A stretch of DNA of 63,176 bases, counting the filler, from Olpidium bornovanus S191 (taxonomy: Eukaryota; Fungi; Olpidiomycota): the NCBI GenBank assembly GCA_017911155.1. It is 29 parts of 29 records of this genome, joined end to end, with 100 filler letters (N's around TTAATTAATTAA, not from the genome) between each part and the next. Parts side by side here need not be neighbours in the genome. Positions count along the whole stretch, not along the records: positions 49,213 to 53,488 come from JAEFCI010002772.1; positions 53,589 to 54,700 come from JAEFCI010010670.1; positions 54,801 to 55,834 come from JAEFCI010009312.1; positions 55,935 to 57,568 come from JAEFCI010011920.1; positions 57,669 to 61,430 come from JAEFCI010000866.1; 24 more parts are not named here. One strand, written 5' to 3'. Position numbers and translations under genes: made by a program. The notes under the pieces were generated by a model. That model made no database searches and was not told the DNA's origin. It saw nothing but the letters and a program-made list of their open reading frames with translations. Shown in pieces: positions 49,497 through 59,401 of this stretch. Every line of letters starts with the position of its first letter. Position 1 is the first letter of the stretch.

Positions 49497-50939
49497 TCAG
49501 GAAGGGACCAGGAACTCCTTGAGGATCTCCCTCACGTCGTAGGCGACCTGCGCAGCTTCTTCGATGCCGGGCCCGCCGGCGGCGGCGATAATCCGGCCGC
49601 GGTGGTACTGGTCGTTGAAAGCGAGCACCGCGCGGCGGAGGCTGCTCTCGCGCTCACAGATGAGGCGCAGGAGCGACTCTTCGCCTTCCTGGCATCGAGA
49701 AACCGCGCGCTGCAGCCGGGCCGCCTGGGCCCGCGTCAGGACGGCGCGCGTCCGGCTCTCCTCCGACCGCCCTTGCTGCTCGGCGATCTCCGCCGCGAGC
49801 GCCGCGAGGCCGGCGTCCTCGTCGACGGCGTTGTCTCCAGCAGGGGGTCCGGGCGGCAGGCCGCCGACGGCGCCGCCCGGAGCCGCTGCCGGAGTCGGCC
49901 CGAGCTCGAGCGATCGGGCCGCGTCGGCGCCTGGGCCGCCGCCCGCGTACGAGTTGCTCGCGCCGGCCGGAACGTCGACCGCGGGTTCCCCGTCGGCGGC
50001 GACGGGGGCGGCGGGCGGAACGGCCGCGGGCGCGGTCGCCGCCGCAGCGGCGCGCCGCGAAGCCGCGTTTCCCGCGCCGGGGCCGGGCGGCGACGGCCGG
50101 CGCCTCACGGCCGTGTCCGCGATTGGGCCGCGGAGAGGCGCGCCGGCCCCGCTTGCCCATCGGCCGTCGTGCGTCATCGCACCCCTTTCCGCGCCTCGCG
50201 CGTCGTCGTTCCAAAGCTGCGGCCCCGGGGACGCGAATCCGGCCTCCGAACGCGCGGCAGGAAGCTCCGGTAGCGCGTCGGCAGCAGACGCCAGAGGCCA
50301 CGCGCCGGTCGTTATCTCGGGTCGCGCGGGATCCGGGACCGCGGAAACAGGAAGAGGTTTCCGCGGCCAAAAAGCGGCCGGGGCTGTCACCGCGGGTGCA
50401 GCGGACGGGCGCTTGAACGCCGACGGCGCCGGCGCGAGCTCGGGAACAGAGGGCGGCCCCGCCGGTTTGGCAGCGATTGGAAATGATGCAGGCGGCGGCG
50501 GCGGTCTCGTTTCCGTGCGATCTTGCGGCGGTACGGTCGGGGCGAGCGGGGAATGCGCCGGTGGGCACGAAACGGATTGGTAGAGGTGTTGTTTGGAAGT
50601 CCGAGGTAGCGGGGCTTTGAAAGCGGCTAGGGGGGCAGCGGAGATCGCCTGCCAAGTGCTGGGCGAAAAAGAGGCGTGCTCCACAGTTGCTTGGTGATTC
50701 GGGGCGTACCGCGCATCCTTCGGAGAAGTCCCTTCTGAGGCGGATTGCGACAGGGCGCGGGACAAAATGAAACTGATCTCCGCTTTCAGCTGCTCTCTGC
50801 TTGTATGCAGATCGGCTGCGGTCGCTACGGGAAGGACCCGCGCCTGGAGGTGAGTGTCGTCGTTCGCAGTAACGGTTGTTCCGGCCAGAACGCGACTTTC
50901 CACGTACGGCGGTTCGGCGGCCCTGCTTCGCCACTCCAC
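49497..50939 (-). CDS. Hypothetical protein: Pro/Ala-rich region with an alpha-helical C-terminal domain; probably a large terminal exon
   Basis: 480-aa ORF; ordered C-terminus RLQRAVSRCQEGEESLLRLICERESSLRRAVLAFNDQYHRGRII...AAQVAYDVREILKEFL. Confidence 0.55.
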   Translation of the reverse strand: MEWRSRAAEPPYVESRVLAGTTVTANDDTHLQARVLPVATAADLHTSREQLKAEISFILSRALSQSASEGTSPKDARYAPNHQATVEHASFSPSTWQAISAAPLAAFKAPLPRTSKQHLYQSVSCPPAHSPLAPTVPPQDRTETRPPPPPASFPIAAKPAGPPSVPELAPAPSAFKRPSAAPAVTAPAAFWPRKPLPVSAVPDPARPEITTGAWPLASAADALPELPAARSEAGFASPGPQLWNDDARGAERGAMTHDGRWASGAGAPLRGPIADTAVRRRPSPPGPGAGNAASRRAAAAATAPAAVPPAAPVAADGEPAVDVPAGASNSYAGGGPGADAARSLELGPTPAAAPGGAVGGLPPGPPAGDNAVDEDAGLAALAAEIAEQQGRSEESRTRAVLTRAQAARLQRAVSRCQEGEESLLRLICERESSLRRAVLAFNDQYHRGRIIAAAGGPGIEEAAQVAYDVREILKEFLVPS

Positions 50940-53611
50940 ACCCGGCCGTTCGGCGGCCCCGCTTCCGGTAGTGGGGGTTGGGATGGACGCCCCGTCTCTT
51001 CTTTATCCCGCAGCGGACCTTGCCGCGACGGCGCACGCGCTTGCGGGTGGCACTGCCAGGGCGGCGGGAGCGTCGGAGTTTGGCCCTCCGGCACGGTTCC
51101 GGGCGCCGGCAGCAGCGGGGCCGGGTCGCGGGGCTCGAGCCGGCCCGCGCTTCGTCCGGCGGGTTCCGGTCGCGTCGCCCGGCGCGCCCGCGGCGACGCG
51201 CGGGCCGCGACTGCGGCGCGCGAGGGCCGAGACCCGCTTTCGCCGGGAGGCGGCGGCGGCGGTCGCGGGAGAGGGAGGAGCACCGCAGGATGCGCCGCGC
51301 ACCCGGCGGCCGGCACGTCCCGCCACTTCCGCGGCGCGCCCGCGAGGCACGGCCATCCTCCTCCGCGTTCGCAGCGCGGGCGCGGTCCCCGGCGACAAAG
51401 CCGCCCCGGAGGGCTCGCGGCGGGCCCGCCCCGGACCCGCGGCATCGGCCTTGCTTGCCTGCGCGGGCGCCCCCGCGGGGCGCGCGCGAAACGGGAGACG
51501 GGAGGCGGATGCTCCGGGAGGCGCGCGGCGGTCGGGGTCCCCGGGGGCGCGGTTGAGACGATCCGGGGAAACCGCGCGCGTTTTCGACGCCGGAGCGACC
51601 CCCGCCTCCGGGTCCCGAGTCGCCCCCGAGCGGACGAATAAAAAACAAAAACCTACCCCGAAGTCCGCCCGACACACCCCAAAGCGATTGAGTCGAAATT
51701 TTCGAGCGAAGGTCAAAAGACGACCCGAGCGCGGCCCAGACAAACCACAACGGCTGCAGCCGAAGCGCGCTGATTGGAGCGGAGGGGCACCGCTGGACGG
51801 CGGCCGGCCGTTTCTGGTTCGCGAATAAAACAGACGCCAGACTCACCTGCACTCCCTGCAAGTCACACAATCTGAAGTCCAGGCCAGTTCCCGTCACCGG
51901 TTCAACTACAAGAACCGCCTCCGACTCCCGAGGTGTTCAAATCACCAAGCTGTACGGATTCTGATTGGAATCAAACATTAAAATGCCTATGCCACGTGTT
52001 CAGGGGCACCGCGTAACCTGCTGCGTTGTTACCGTTCTGACTTTTGTTTCCCGCGGTGTAAATCTCCGTGTGAGCGACAAGTCCATTATCGCAATCCTTT
52101 CTCACGAACAGGATCGGATACTGAAGGGCGAACATATGTGGCGGAGAGCTCGTCTACGGTGACTTGTCTTGTTGCCCTGAATGACGACAACTTGTTTTTA
52201 CGTGGACCTTTCTGTTGGCATCTACCATAATGGCCTCGATCTCTCGTACTTAGGGCATGCGCTGGCCGAGGTAAAAGCCGGTTTACGCTTTTTAACGTCC
52301 TGTGTTGTGACGAAGGGTGTTGACACCACAGGTTTGTCTTGTGGAGCATGTCCTCGTTCTGCGTTTGGTGTATTAGGGCAGGAAGCGCGCATCAACTGCG
52401 CTTAATTCTAGCTCCATCGCAGCGTTGCTTCTCGCGCGCGACCCACCTGGGGGCGCAGCGTCTGCACGGGGGGAGCCCACGAGAAAGCCCCCTTCTGGCC
52501 ACAGCCGCGGACCCACACCAGGCCTCAGCGGGCATCGCCGGGTTTCTTCTCAGGCAAAACTTTTGTTTTCGACGCGCGCGGGCGCCGCGAGTTGCCCGGT
52601 CGGCCGATGTCTTCGAGAGATGCGCGCCTGTCTCGATCGTGCAGAACTGCTCTGCGCCTGAGGGCGGCGCCGCGGCTCCTTCGGTCCGCAAAACGCCACA
52701 AACCGTTCCTCTCAGGAGTCGGTTCCCGCGTTTTCCGGGATGAGTAATCAATTTGGCCGTTGCGTTCCCTCCAGAGACGGGCCCCCTGCTGGACGGCTCG
52801 CCGGGGCACTGTGGTGAACTGCGCGCCCCCGCGCGGCGCGCGCGCCGTGCCGCGTTGAGCCGGAGATGCCGGCGGTGCCTCTCGTCCCCTTCCTGTGCTC
52901 CGCGCCCGGAAAGATGTTGACTATGCTTGGTGTGACGCTTTCCTGCGTGGAATTGCCATCGGGACGGGCGGTTTGGTCCTTTTTCATGTGCAGAACTGGA
53001 ACGACCTGAGTGCCTGCCGTACCTTGCCGGGGCCGCGTGAGGTTGACGGCAGGATGTGCGGGAGTCGCTGGTGCCACGCTTTTTCCACGAACGCCGCGCG
53101 TTTTCCCGTACACAGATCCCTCTGAAATCTTATCCCCCAGAACTTAATAACCTCCGATATTTTGTGGATTTGGTCATCCACCGCCATCGTTCCTATGCAT
53201 AAATCTTATACCTGATACTTTATAAGTGTTAAAGGAGAATATAACGTAGCAGAAGGACACGTTTTATAACAAAGTGGTGAGGAAACAGAAGAAGTGAGTA
53301 CAAAAGAGGGAAAAATGAGCCAAGCTATGAAGAAATCCACAAGCCAAGGGCGCGTTGGACAGTGCTACCATGGCGGAGATCAAGCTGCATTTTGCGAGCT
53401 ACTTTAAGGGCATTGCGGTGCTCGGGTTTAGAAACATCAAGCAAATAAGCAAAAATACCGATTCCCTGAAGCTTGTCTGCCTTTTGAGNNNNNNNNNNNN
53501 NNNNNNNNNNNNNNNNNNNNNNNNNNNNNNNNTTAATTAATTAANNNNNNNNNNNNNNNNNNNNNNNNNNNNNNNNNNNNNNNNNNNNCCCCCCCCCCCC
53601 CCCCCCCCCCC

Positions 53612-53661
<50 letters not shown>

Positions 53662-53882
53662 AAAAAGGTTCACCCGTGGACGGAAAGAGCATATTTGACA
53701 AAAGCTTCGTTCACCCGTGACTTGCCGCTGACGCGACTGGCAGCCATAAGGAGAGCTGCGAGGGTTGGAAGTGTACGAGGGACCGGAGCGGAGGAAGAGG
53801 GAGAGAGGGAGAGAGAGAGAAAGAGGGGAAGCAGAGGGCAGATATAGAGAGAGAGAGGACGCCTCTCGGTCGGTTGGCCGCC

Positions 53883-54698
53883 TCAGCCGGCCCAGCTGCC
53901 GGCCACGCTGCCGCCGCCCACCACGCTGCCGTGCCTCAGCACCGACGCCCTGTCGCCGCCCCGCACCTCCTTCTCCCACTCGCTCCACTTGCGCATCACG
54001 ATGGCCGACGTGTCGAACTCCCCTTCCTTGTCGCCGTGGGCCCCGCCGCCCTTCCCCTCGCCCGCCACCACGCGCGTCTGGCCCCACGAGAAGTCGTCAA
54101 AGTGCCAGAACGCGTACACCGGCAGCAGCAGGTTCCACACCGGCAGCGCGAGCAGGTACACCAGCATCCACGACACGTAGACCATCTTGCGCGTCGTCAG
54201 CAGGATCAGCACCGCCGGCAGGCCGAGCACCGACAGCAGCATCACCAGCGGGATCACCTGCGCCGACGACGGCGACACGATCAGGCTGATGATGAGCACG
54301 AACGTGAACACGATCGCCGCCGGCAGCGTGATCGTGCCGATGAGCTCCATCAGCACCACGAACTGCATCGACAGGCACGCGATCCCGCAGAGGTCCTTCA
54401 CCAGCACGAGCTCCAGCAGGTTGTGGATCGTCGAGTTGATCCACCGGCGCCGCTGCGAGAACAGCACCTCCGACGTGTCCGGCACCACCGTCTTGCACAT
54501 CGCCTGCGGGACAAACACCATCTGCCTCTTGGGGAAGTTGCGCAGCATCAGCGTCGACAGGAACCGGTCCTCCCCGAGCAGCAGCAGGTTCTTCTTGTGC
54601 AGCGTGTCCACCACGTTCTGGCAGTACTCCTGCACGATGTCCGGGTTCGCCAGGATGGGCACCCACGCCCGGTTTTTCCGCGCCTTGATCCGGTACAT
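53883..54698 (-). CDS. Chitin synthase, class IV (Chs3-like), C-terminal part
   Basis: [56 protein letters not shown]. Confidence 0.95.
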   Translation of the reverse strand: MYRIKARKNRAWVPILANPDIVQEYCQNVVDTLHKKNLLLLGEDRFLSTLMLRNFPKRQMVFVPQAMCKTVVPDTSEVLFSQRRRWINSTIHNLLELVLVKDLCGIACLSMQFVVLMELIGTITLPAAIVFTFVLIISLIVSPSSAQVIPLVMLLSVLGLPAVLILLTTRKMVYVSWMLVYLLALPVWNLLLPVYAFWHFDDFSWGQTRVVAGEGKGGGAHGDKEGEFDTSAIVMRKWSEWEKEVRGGDRASVLRHGSVVGGGSVAGSWAG

Positions 54699-54801
54699 GC
54701 NNNNNNNNNNNNNNNNNNNNNNNNNNNNNNNNNNNNNNNNNNNNTTAATTAATTAANNNNNNNNNNNNNNNNNNNNNNNNNNNNNNNNNNNNNNNNNNNN
54801 C

Positions 54802-55626
54802 ATGCGCGTCGCCACCGAATCTCCCAAACCAGGCAAGGACCCGAGGCCGGTCGGAGGTCAGTATTTACTTCCGCCGGAGAATGACGCAGCGGCGGTCGGA
54901 GGGCACGTGCAAAGCTTACTCAGCACATCGACGGGATGTCCCGCGAGACCTGGCGCCGGCGGCGGCGGCGGCGAGGCGCCTGACCCTCTCTCGCCGGGAG
55001 AGTCGTCGGAATTCTCACTGCAATCAACGTCACTGCCGTCGACCGAAGACGACGGCGGCGGCGAAGCGATGCCGGCGGGACAGCGAGATTACCAGTCGCT
55101 GATGAGCGACAAGGTCGGCGTGCGCATCCCGCGGCACCCGGGCCGGCAAACCGGGGAAGAACGGTGGCGGCCGCCCTGCTCTTCTGACGACGAAAATTCC
55201 GCGTCGCCGACTTCGGCCGCCTTCGAAGTCTCGTCGACCGGGCGCTCGGACCGGAAGGAGGACGAAGAAGAAACCGCCGGGGGACGACCGCGGGGCGGAC
55301 GAGACCCGATCATGTTCAAGATCATCGACTTCGCGCACTGCCTGGTCCCCGACGCCTCGCTGCCCCGTTCGCGGCGGCGAGGCGACTCGATGACCTTCCC
55401 TCCGTCCACCAGCGGGCCGGACCACGGTTACATCCTGGGCCTCGCCAACCTCATCCGATTTTTCGAGGAGATCCACGCCGCGGTCGTCGCCGGCCGGGAC
55501 CCGCGGGAGGACTGGACGCCGGACGACGAGGCCAGCGTCCGCCGCGCGCTGAACCGCGCCGGCGATGCAGCGGCGGTCATCGGGCGGGAAGGGAGCACGG
55601 CCGGACTGCCGCCGCCGGGAGTTTAG
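54802..55626 (+). CDS. Inositol polyphosphate kinase (IPK family, Kcs1-like), C-terminal part
   Basis: IMFKIIDFAHC ... FPPSTSGPDHGYILGLANLIRFFEEI. Confidence 0.85.
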   Translation: MRVATESPKPGKDPRPVGGQYLLPPENDAAAVGGHVQSLLSTSTGCPARPGAGGGGGEAPDPLSPGESSEFSLQSTSLPSTEDDGGGEAMPAGQRDYQSLMSDKVGVRIPRHPGRQTGEERWRPPCSSDDENSASPTSAAFEVSSTGRSDRKEDEEETAGGRPRGGRDPIMFKIIDFAHCLVPDASLPRSRRRGDSMTFPPSTSGPDHGYILGLANLIRFFEEIHAAVVAGRDPREDWTPDDEASVRRALNRAGDAAAVIGREGSTAGLPPPGV

Positions 55627-56000
55627 CCGTTGCGGCGGCGGAACATACCGCCGGGTGCGGGAGGGGGGGAGGATGACACGAGCGGCCGCCGTGTCACTCG
55701 GCAGGAAAGCAAAACAACGCCATTCTCGATCCGTTTTTTTTTTCCTTTTTTTTTTTTTTTTTTTTGGGCGGCTTCGTCACCGACACGGGATCCCGTTGAA
55801 TTTTTTTTTAGGTCTGCTTCCTGCTGTACACATGNNNNNNNNNNNNNNNNNNNNNNNNNNNNNNNNNNNNNNNNNNNNTTAATTAATTAANNNNNNNNNN
55901 NNNNNNNNNNNNNNNNNNNNNNNNNNNNNNNNNNCCATGAGATTTTACGAACTCAGCCCCGGGTTGTCTTCAACCAAGCTGCGACGTTTTGGCAGGTGCT

Positions 56001-57345
56001 TTACCTTGGACGATCAAAGTCGTTCGCAAACCTTTCGTGCACAAACAGACCCGCAATACCTCCCGGCCCGGAGTTGAGGTACTTGTAGGAACACCATACG
56101 GCGAAGTCCACGTCCCAGTCGTGGAGCTCCAACGGAACGTTGCCCACGGCGTGGGCGAGGTCCCAACCAACGGTGGCCCCGACCGCGTGGCCGGCCTTGG
56201 TGATCTGCGGAATATCGAAGAATTGACCGGTGTAATACTGCACGCCACCAAAGAGTACAAGGGCGAGACAGTCGCCGGCATTCTTGATGGCGTCCAGGAT
56301 GTCGGATGTCCGAAGGTTGTATTCTCCCTCGTTTTCCCGCGGGAACAGGCAGATCAGGGCTTCCGAAGGCTGGCGGCCGTGGTTCCGGATGTGAGATTCA
56401 ACGGCGTACTGGCGAACAAAATGTCAGCTCTCACCAAGACAGGGGAAAAAATTACCGTCGGAGCAAAATTCACTTGCGTGGTCTGAAGGGAAAGCTTTGC
56501 CCTCGATGAGAATTTTATAGCGATTTGCCGTGGGAGTATAAAATGATACGAGCATCTGGTGCAAGTTCGCCGTCAGGGTTCCCATCACAGCTACTTCCGC
56601 CGGTTTGGCGCCTGGCGGCGCAAACGAGACAGATCGGTCGGGCAGCGTGAGACGTTAAGCGGCGCACGCTGTTTCCCGCCTGTTTCTCCGGACTGTTTCA
56701 CGCCGGATGGACCTCCAAAAAAAAATCCGTATTACCCAAAATGCGTGACAGCTTTCCGACGACTTGCTCGTCTATGGAGACCCAGGGCCGGTTGAACTTG
56801 TGCGCAAAGTGGCCTTCGACGCCACTTGGAAACGGACCGGTATAGCCGTGGCCGGGTCACGGGCGGGCACAACAGGTGTGACCTGAAGTGCAGCGCGGGA
56901 AACCAGAACGCGGCCGGAGACTGCCGTACCATGACGCCCACACGTCCAGCTCCTCGGTCACCAGCTGTCGTGCCCTTGCCGGCATGAGACCCAGGGAGTT
57001 GCCGCACAAGTATGTGCACTCGTCGTCGGCGTTCTGACTCGCCGTCGGCTCTTTTCCTGGCAAAGAGGTGACGCCCCGACGGTCAGCGAAGGCGCCGCTC
57101 TGCCGTCGTCCAGCCAAGAGAACGCTGTGCCCCGGACGCGACGGGAGTGGCCCTCGGGCCCGGCCTCTGTTCTGTTCACCTGCGCCGCGGACGATGTCCC
57201 CCACGCGCGGCACGCAAAAGTGGGCCCTCAGCGGGGCGAGCGGGTCCGCCCTGTCCAGGGCGCGGGCGAGATCGGGCGAGGACGCGTCCCGTATCCCTTC
57301 CCGTTCGGCGAGCGCGAGTATGGCGTCCTTTGGCGTCTGGCCCAT
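56001..57345 (-). CDS. BNA5: Kynureninase, multi-exon, 3' truncated
   Basis: [87 protein letters not shown]. Confidence 0.96.
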
Positions 57346-57997
57346 GGCGTCCTGTCCTGTCCTGTCCGGCAGTCTTTCGAGTGTGAGCTGCGATGGCAAG
57401 CCAGAAGAGTTTCGTGCGCTTCTCCCGCGCGCAGCTTTTCCCGCGGAGAGGGGTTATTTTTGCCTCCGGCCAAAACAATTCAGACGGGGAGCGGGGGAGA
57501 ACTCGGATTCCGAAGACAATGTGTGACACTGCAGAAACAGTGATCTGATTATCATCACCGTCGCCGGCNNNNNNNNNNNNNNNNNNNNNNNNNNNNNNNN
57601 NNNNNNNNNNNNTTAATTAATTAANNNNNNNNNNNNNNNNNNNNNNNNNNNNNNNNNNNNNNNNNNNNAGAGCGGCTTCTTGGACGACGTTTAGGTTGTC
57701 GACCTTGGGCACCATCATCATAACACGCGTCTTGCGGTCTTCTAATAGGCCCAGGTGTAGTTGTAGTGCCCACAGCCTTTTGTTCCATGGTAACGGCAGT
57801 TGCATGAAGAGTGTGTTGAAGGTTTCCACGTATTTTTCCAAGTCATCCTCACATTTTGCTTGCGTCAGCATCAGGAGGGTTGTCATGGTTGTCTCCAGGT
57901 GTTCCATGGTGTAGCAGAGTGTGGCGCGTCACTCAGCAACGCCGCTTGCCGTCCATGCCAAGGGGACCAGGGGGACAACCCCCACGTGTGCCACCCC

Positions 57998-58275
57998 CCG
58001 AGTGCGCGGGACAAGACCCGCAACCGTGGGGCAAAACCCGCCAGCGCGGAACAATTCCCGCCCCCGTGGGACAAGACCCGCCCATGCGGAACAAGTCCCG
58101 CCCCCGTGGAACAAGACCCGCCCATGCGGAACAAGTCCCGCCCCCGCGGGCCAAAAACCCGCCCATGCGGAACAAGTCCCGCCCCCGCGGGCCAAAAACC
58201 CGCCTATGCGGAACAAGTCCCGCCCCCGCGGGCCAAGAACCGCCCCCGCGGGGCAAGAACCACCCGCGCGGGGCT
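57998..58275 (+). repeat. About 20-bp monomer / 40-41-bp dimer tandem array in the U3 of the solo LTR
   Basis: CCCGCCCATGCGGAACAAGT / CCCGCCCCCGYGGRMCAARA alternating (e.g. 58076, 58116). Confidence 0.92.
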
Positions 58276-58434
58276 GGACCAGCCCACGAAGGGAGCGACC
58301 ATGGCGCCATGCCCGCACGCAGTGACCATGGCGTCATGCCCGCGCGCAACGACCATGCCGCCCCGCCCGCGGGTATAAATAGACACCATTGCCCGGTGGT
58401 TGGATGTAGATTCATTAGATCCACACAACCCTAC

Positions 58435-58530
58435 TTCCGATAGCCAAACAGCTGAAGTGCACACATTTCCGATAGCTAGAAAGCTGAAGTACACTCACTT
58501 CCGATAGCTAGAAGGCTGAAGTAAAAACAC
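58435..58530 (+). repeat. Three 32-bp tandem copies in R/U5 of the solo LTR
   Basis: TTCCGATAGC...GCTGAAGT at 58435, 58467 and 58499. Confidence 0.92.
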
Positions 58531-59389
58531 GCTTTAAAAAGTTCCGAATTCGGATTGAAATCGAATCACTTTTTGACCCTGCGTGTTACACATGGGAAAG
58601 AATCGCATGGAGAGTGCTTCTCGTAGATCTCTCCAGCTGGTCCAACGTTGGTGGCTCCCCTTTGGGTGTTCCTTGATGTGGGAGTACCAGAGGATGCTTG
58701 CTTGTCCGGAAAGACGGTGGTCGCCAGAGCAAGTGTTTGTCCCTCGTTAAGCTCGGCTTGCTCTGCTGCTGTCTCGACCTTGGCCATGAAGTTCGTGAGT
58801 GCCGTGGCTCCTCTCGTGCCATTGTACGTTGGGACGGCGGCTAGCATGGTTCGCGCCAAAAGGTCGCACGCTCTTGTCCCTGCGTAATTTTGGTCTTCCG
58901 CGTGTTGCTCGATAGCAAGTACCTCGATTGTGGCACGGTGGTCGGCGAGTTGCCTCTGCAGCGCTTCAACTTGTCGTTTGAGCGTGGCGTTTTCGGCGTC
59001 CTTGCCTTTCGCCTCTCACTTCACCTTTTCCTTCTCTTTTTGGAGGAGGACGGAGTCTATTATCCGCTGAGAGCGAACAGACAGCCTTGACAGCCTTGAC
59101 GTTTGGGAGAGCCCGGAGATGGACGAGTCCCGTGAAGGGCTGCGCTCCCGGGTTGACGTCTTTCTAGCCAATTGAGGGCTCTGGTGTCGTCTTCCTCTCT
59201 GCTCTGCTGGGGTTGAGGTACCCGAGTAGAGCTTCAGCCTCTTCGTTCTCACTCTTTACAGTCTTTCTCCAGCAGTTCACTTCCATGGCAGCGTGTCCCG
59301 TGGTCACCTGTGGCGAGTACGGCAGCATCGTACTTCTCATGGCTGGTACTTCCGCCGCATTTTTTTCTTTGGCAGGGAGTCTACGGGTT

Positions 59390-59401
59390 GGGCTCATAAC
59401 C
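59390..59401 (-). promoter_or_regulatory. Primer-binding site complementary to the tRNA(iMet) anticodon arm (half-tRNA priming type)
   Basis: GGTTATGAGCCC directly after the LTR end ...TTAACA; the + strand reads GGGCTCATAACC, as in the yeast initiator tRNA-Met anticodon arm. Confidence 0.85.

Larger units (their letters stand above)
57910..58590 (+). mobile_element. Solo LTR, 681 bp, with 5-bp target-site duplication CATGG (57905-57909 and 58591-58595)
   Basis: TGTAGCA...TGTTACA termini; TATAAATA at 58374; removing it restores gag ...RFFPMEHLE in frame. Confidence 0.9.
57669..59401 (-). mobile_element. Ty3/gypsy-type gag, disrupted by a solo-LTR insertion, frameshifts (near 59260 and 58717) and TGA at 59016
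   Basis: AVPTYNG...LTNFMAKVE...LALAT/RLSGQASILWY...SWRDLREALSMRFFP|MEHLETTMTTLLMLTQ...LEKYVETFNTL (retrotransposon gag pattern). Confidence 0.85.

Noticed and set aside
49654-51897. 747-aa Arg-rich ORF and many other overlapping Arg/Pro/Gly-rich ORFs
   Set aside because: Shadow frames of very GC-rich DNA with few stop codons; no domain pattern.
57905-57909. The solo-LTR insertion as just another CATG ligation chimera
   Set aside because: The duplication is 5 bp (CATGG), the insert has TG...CA inverted termini and a TATA box, and the gag halves rejoin in frame; this fits transposition better than random ligation.
57998-58530. 20/40-bp and 32-bp arrays as a CRISPR array
   Set aside because: Direct tandem copies with no unique spacers, inside an LTR, in a eukaryote with no cas genes.
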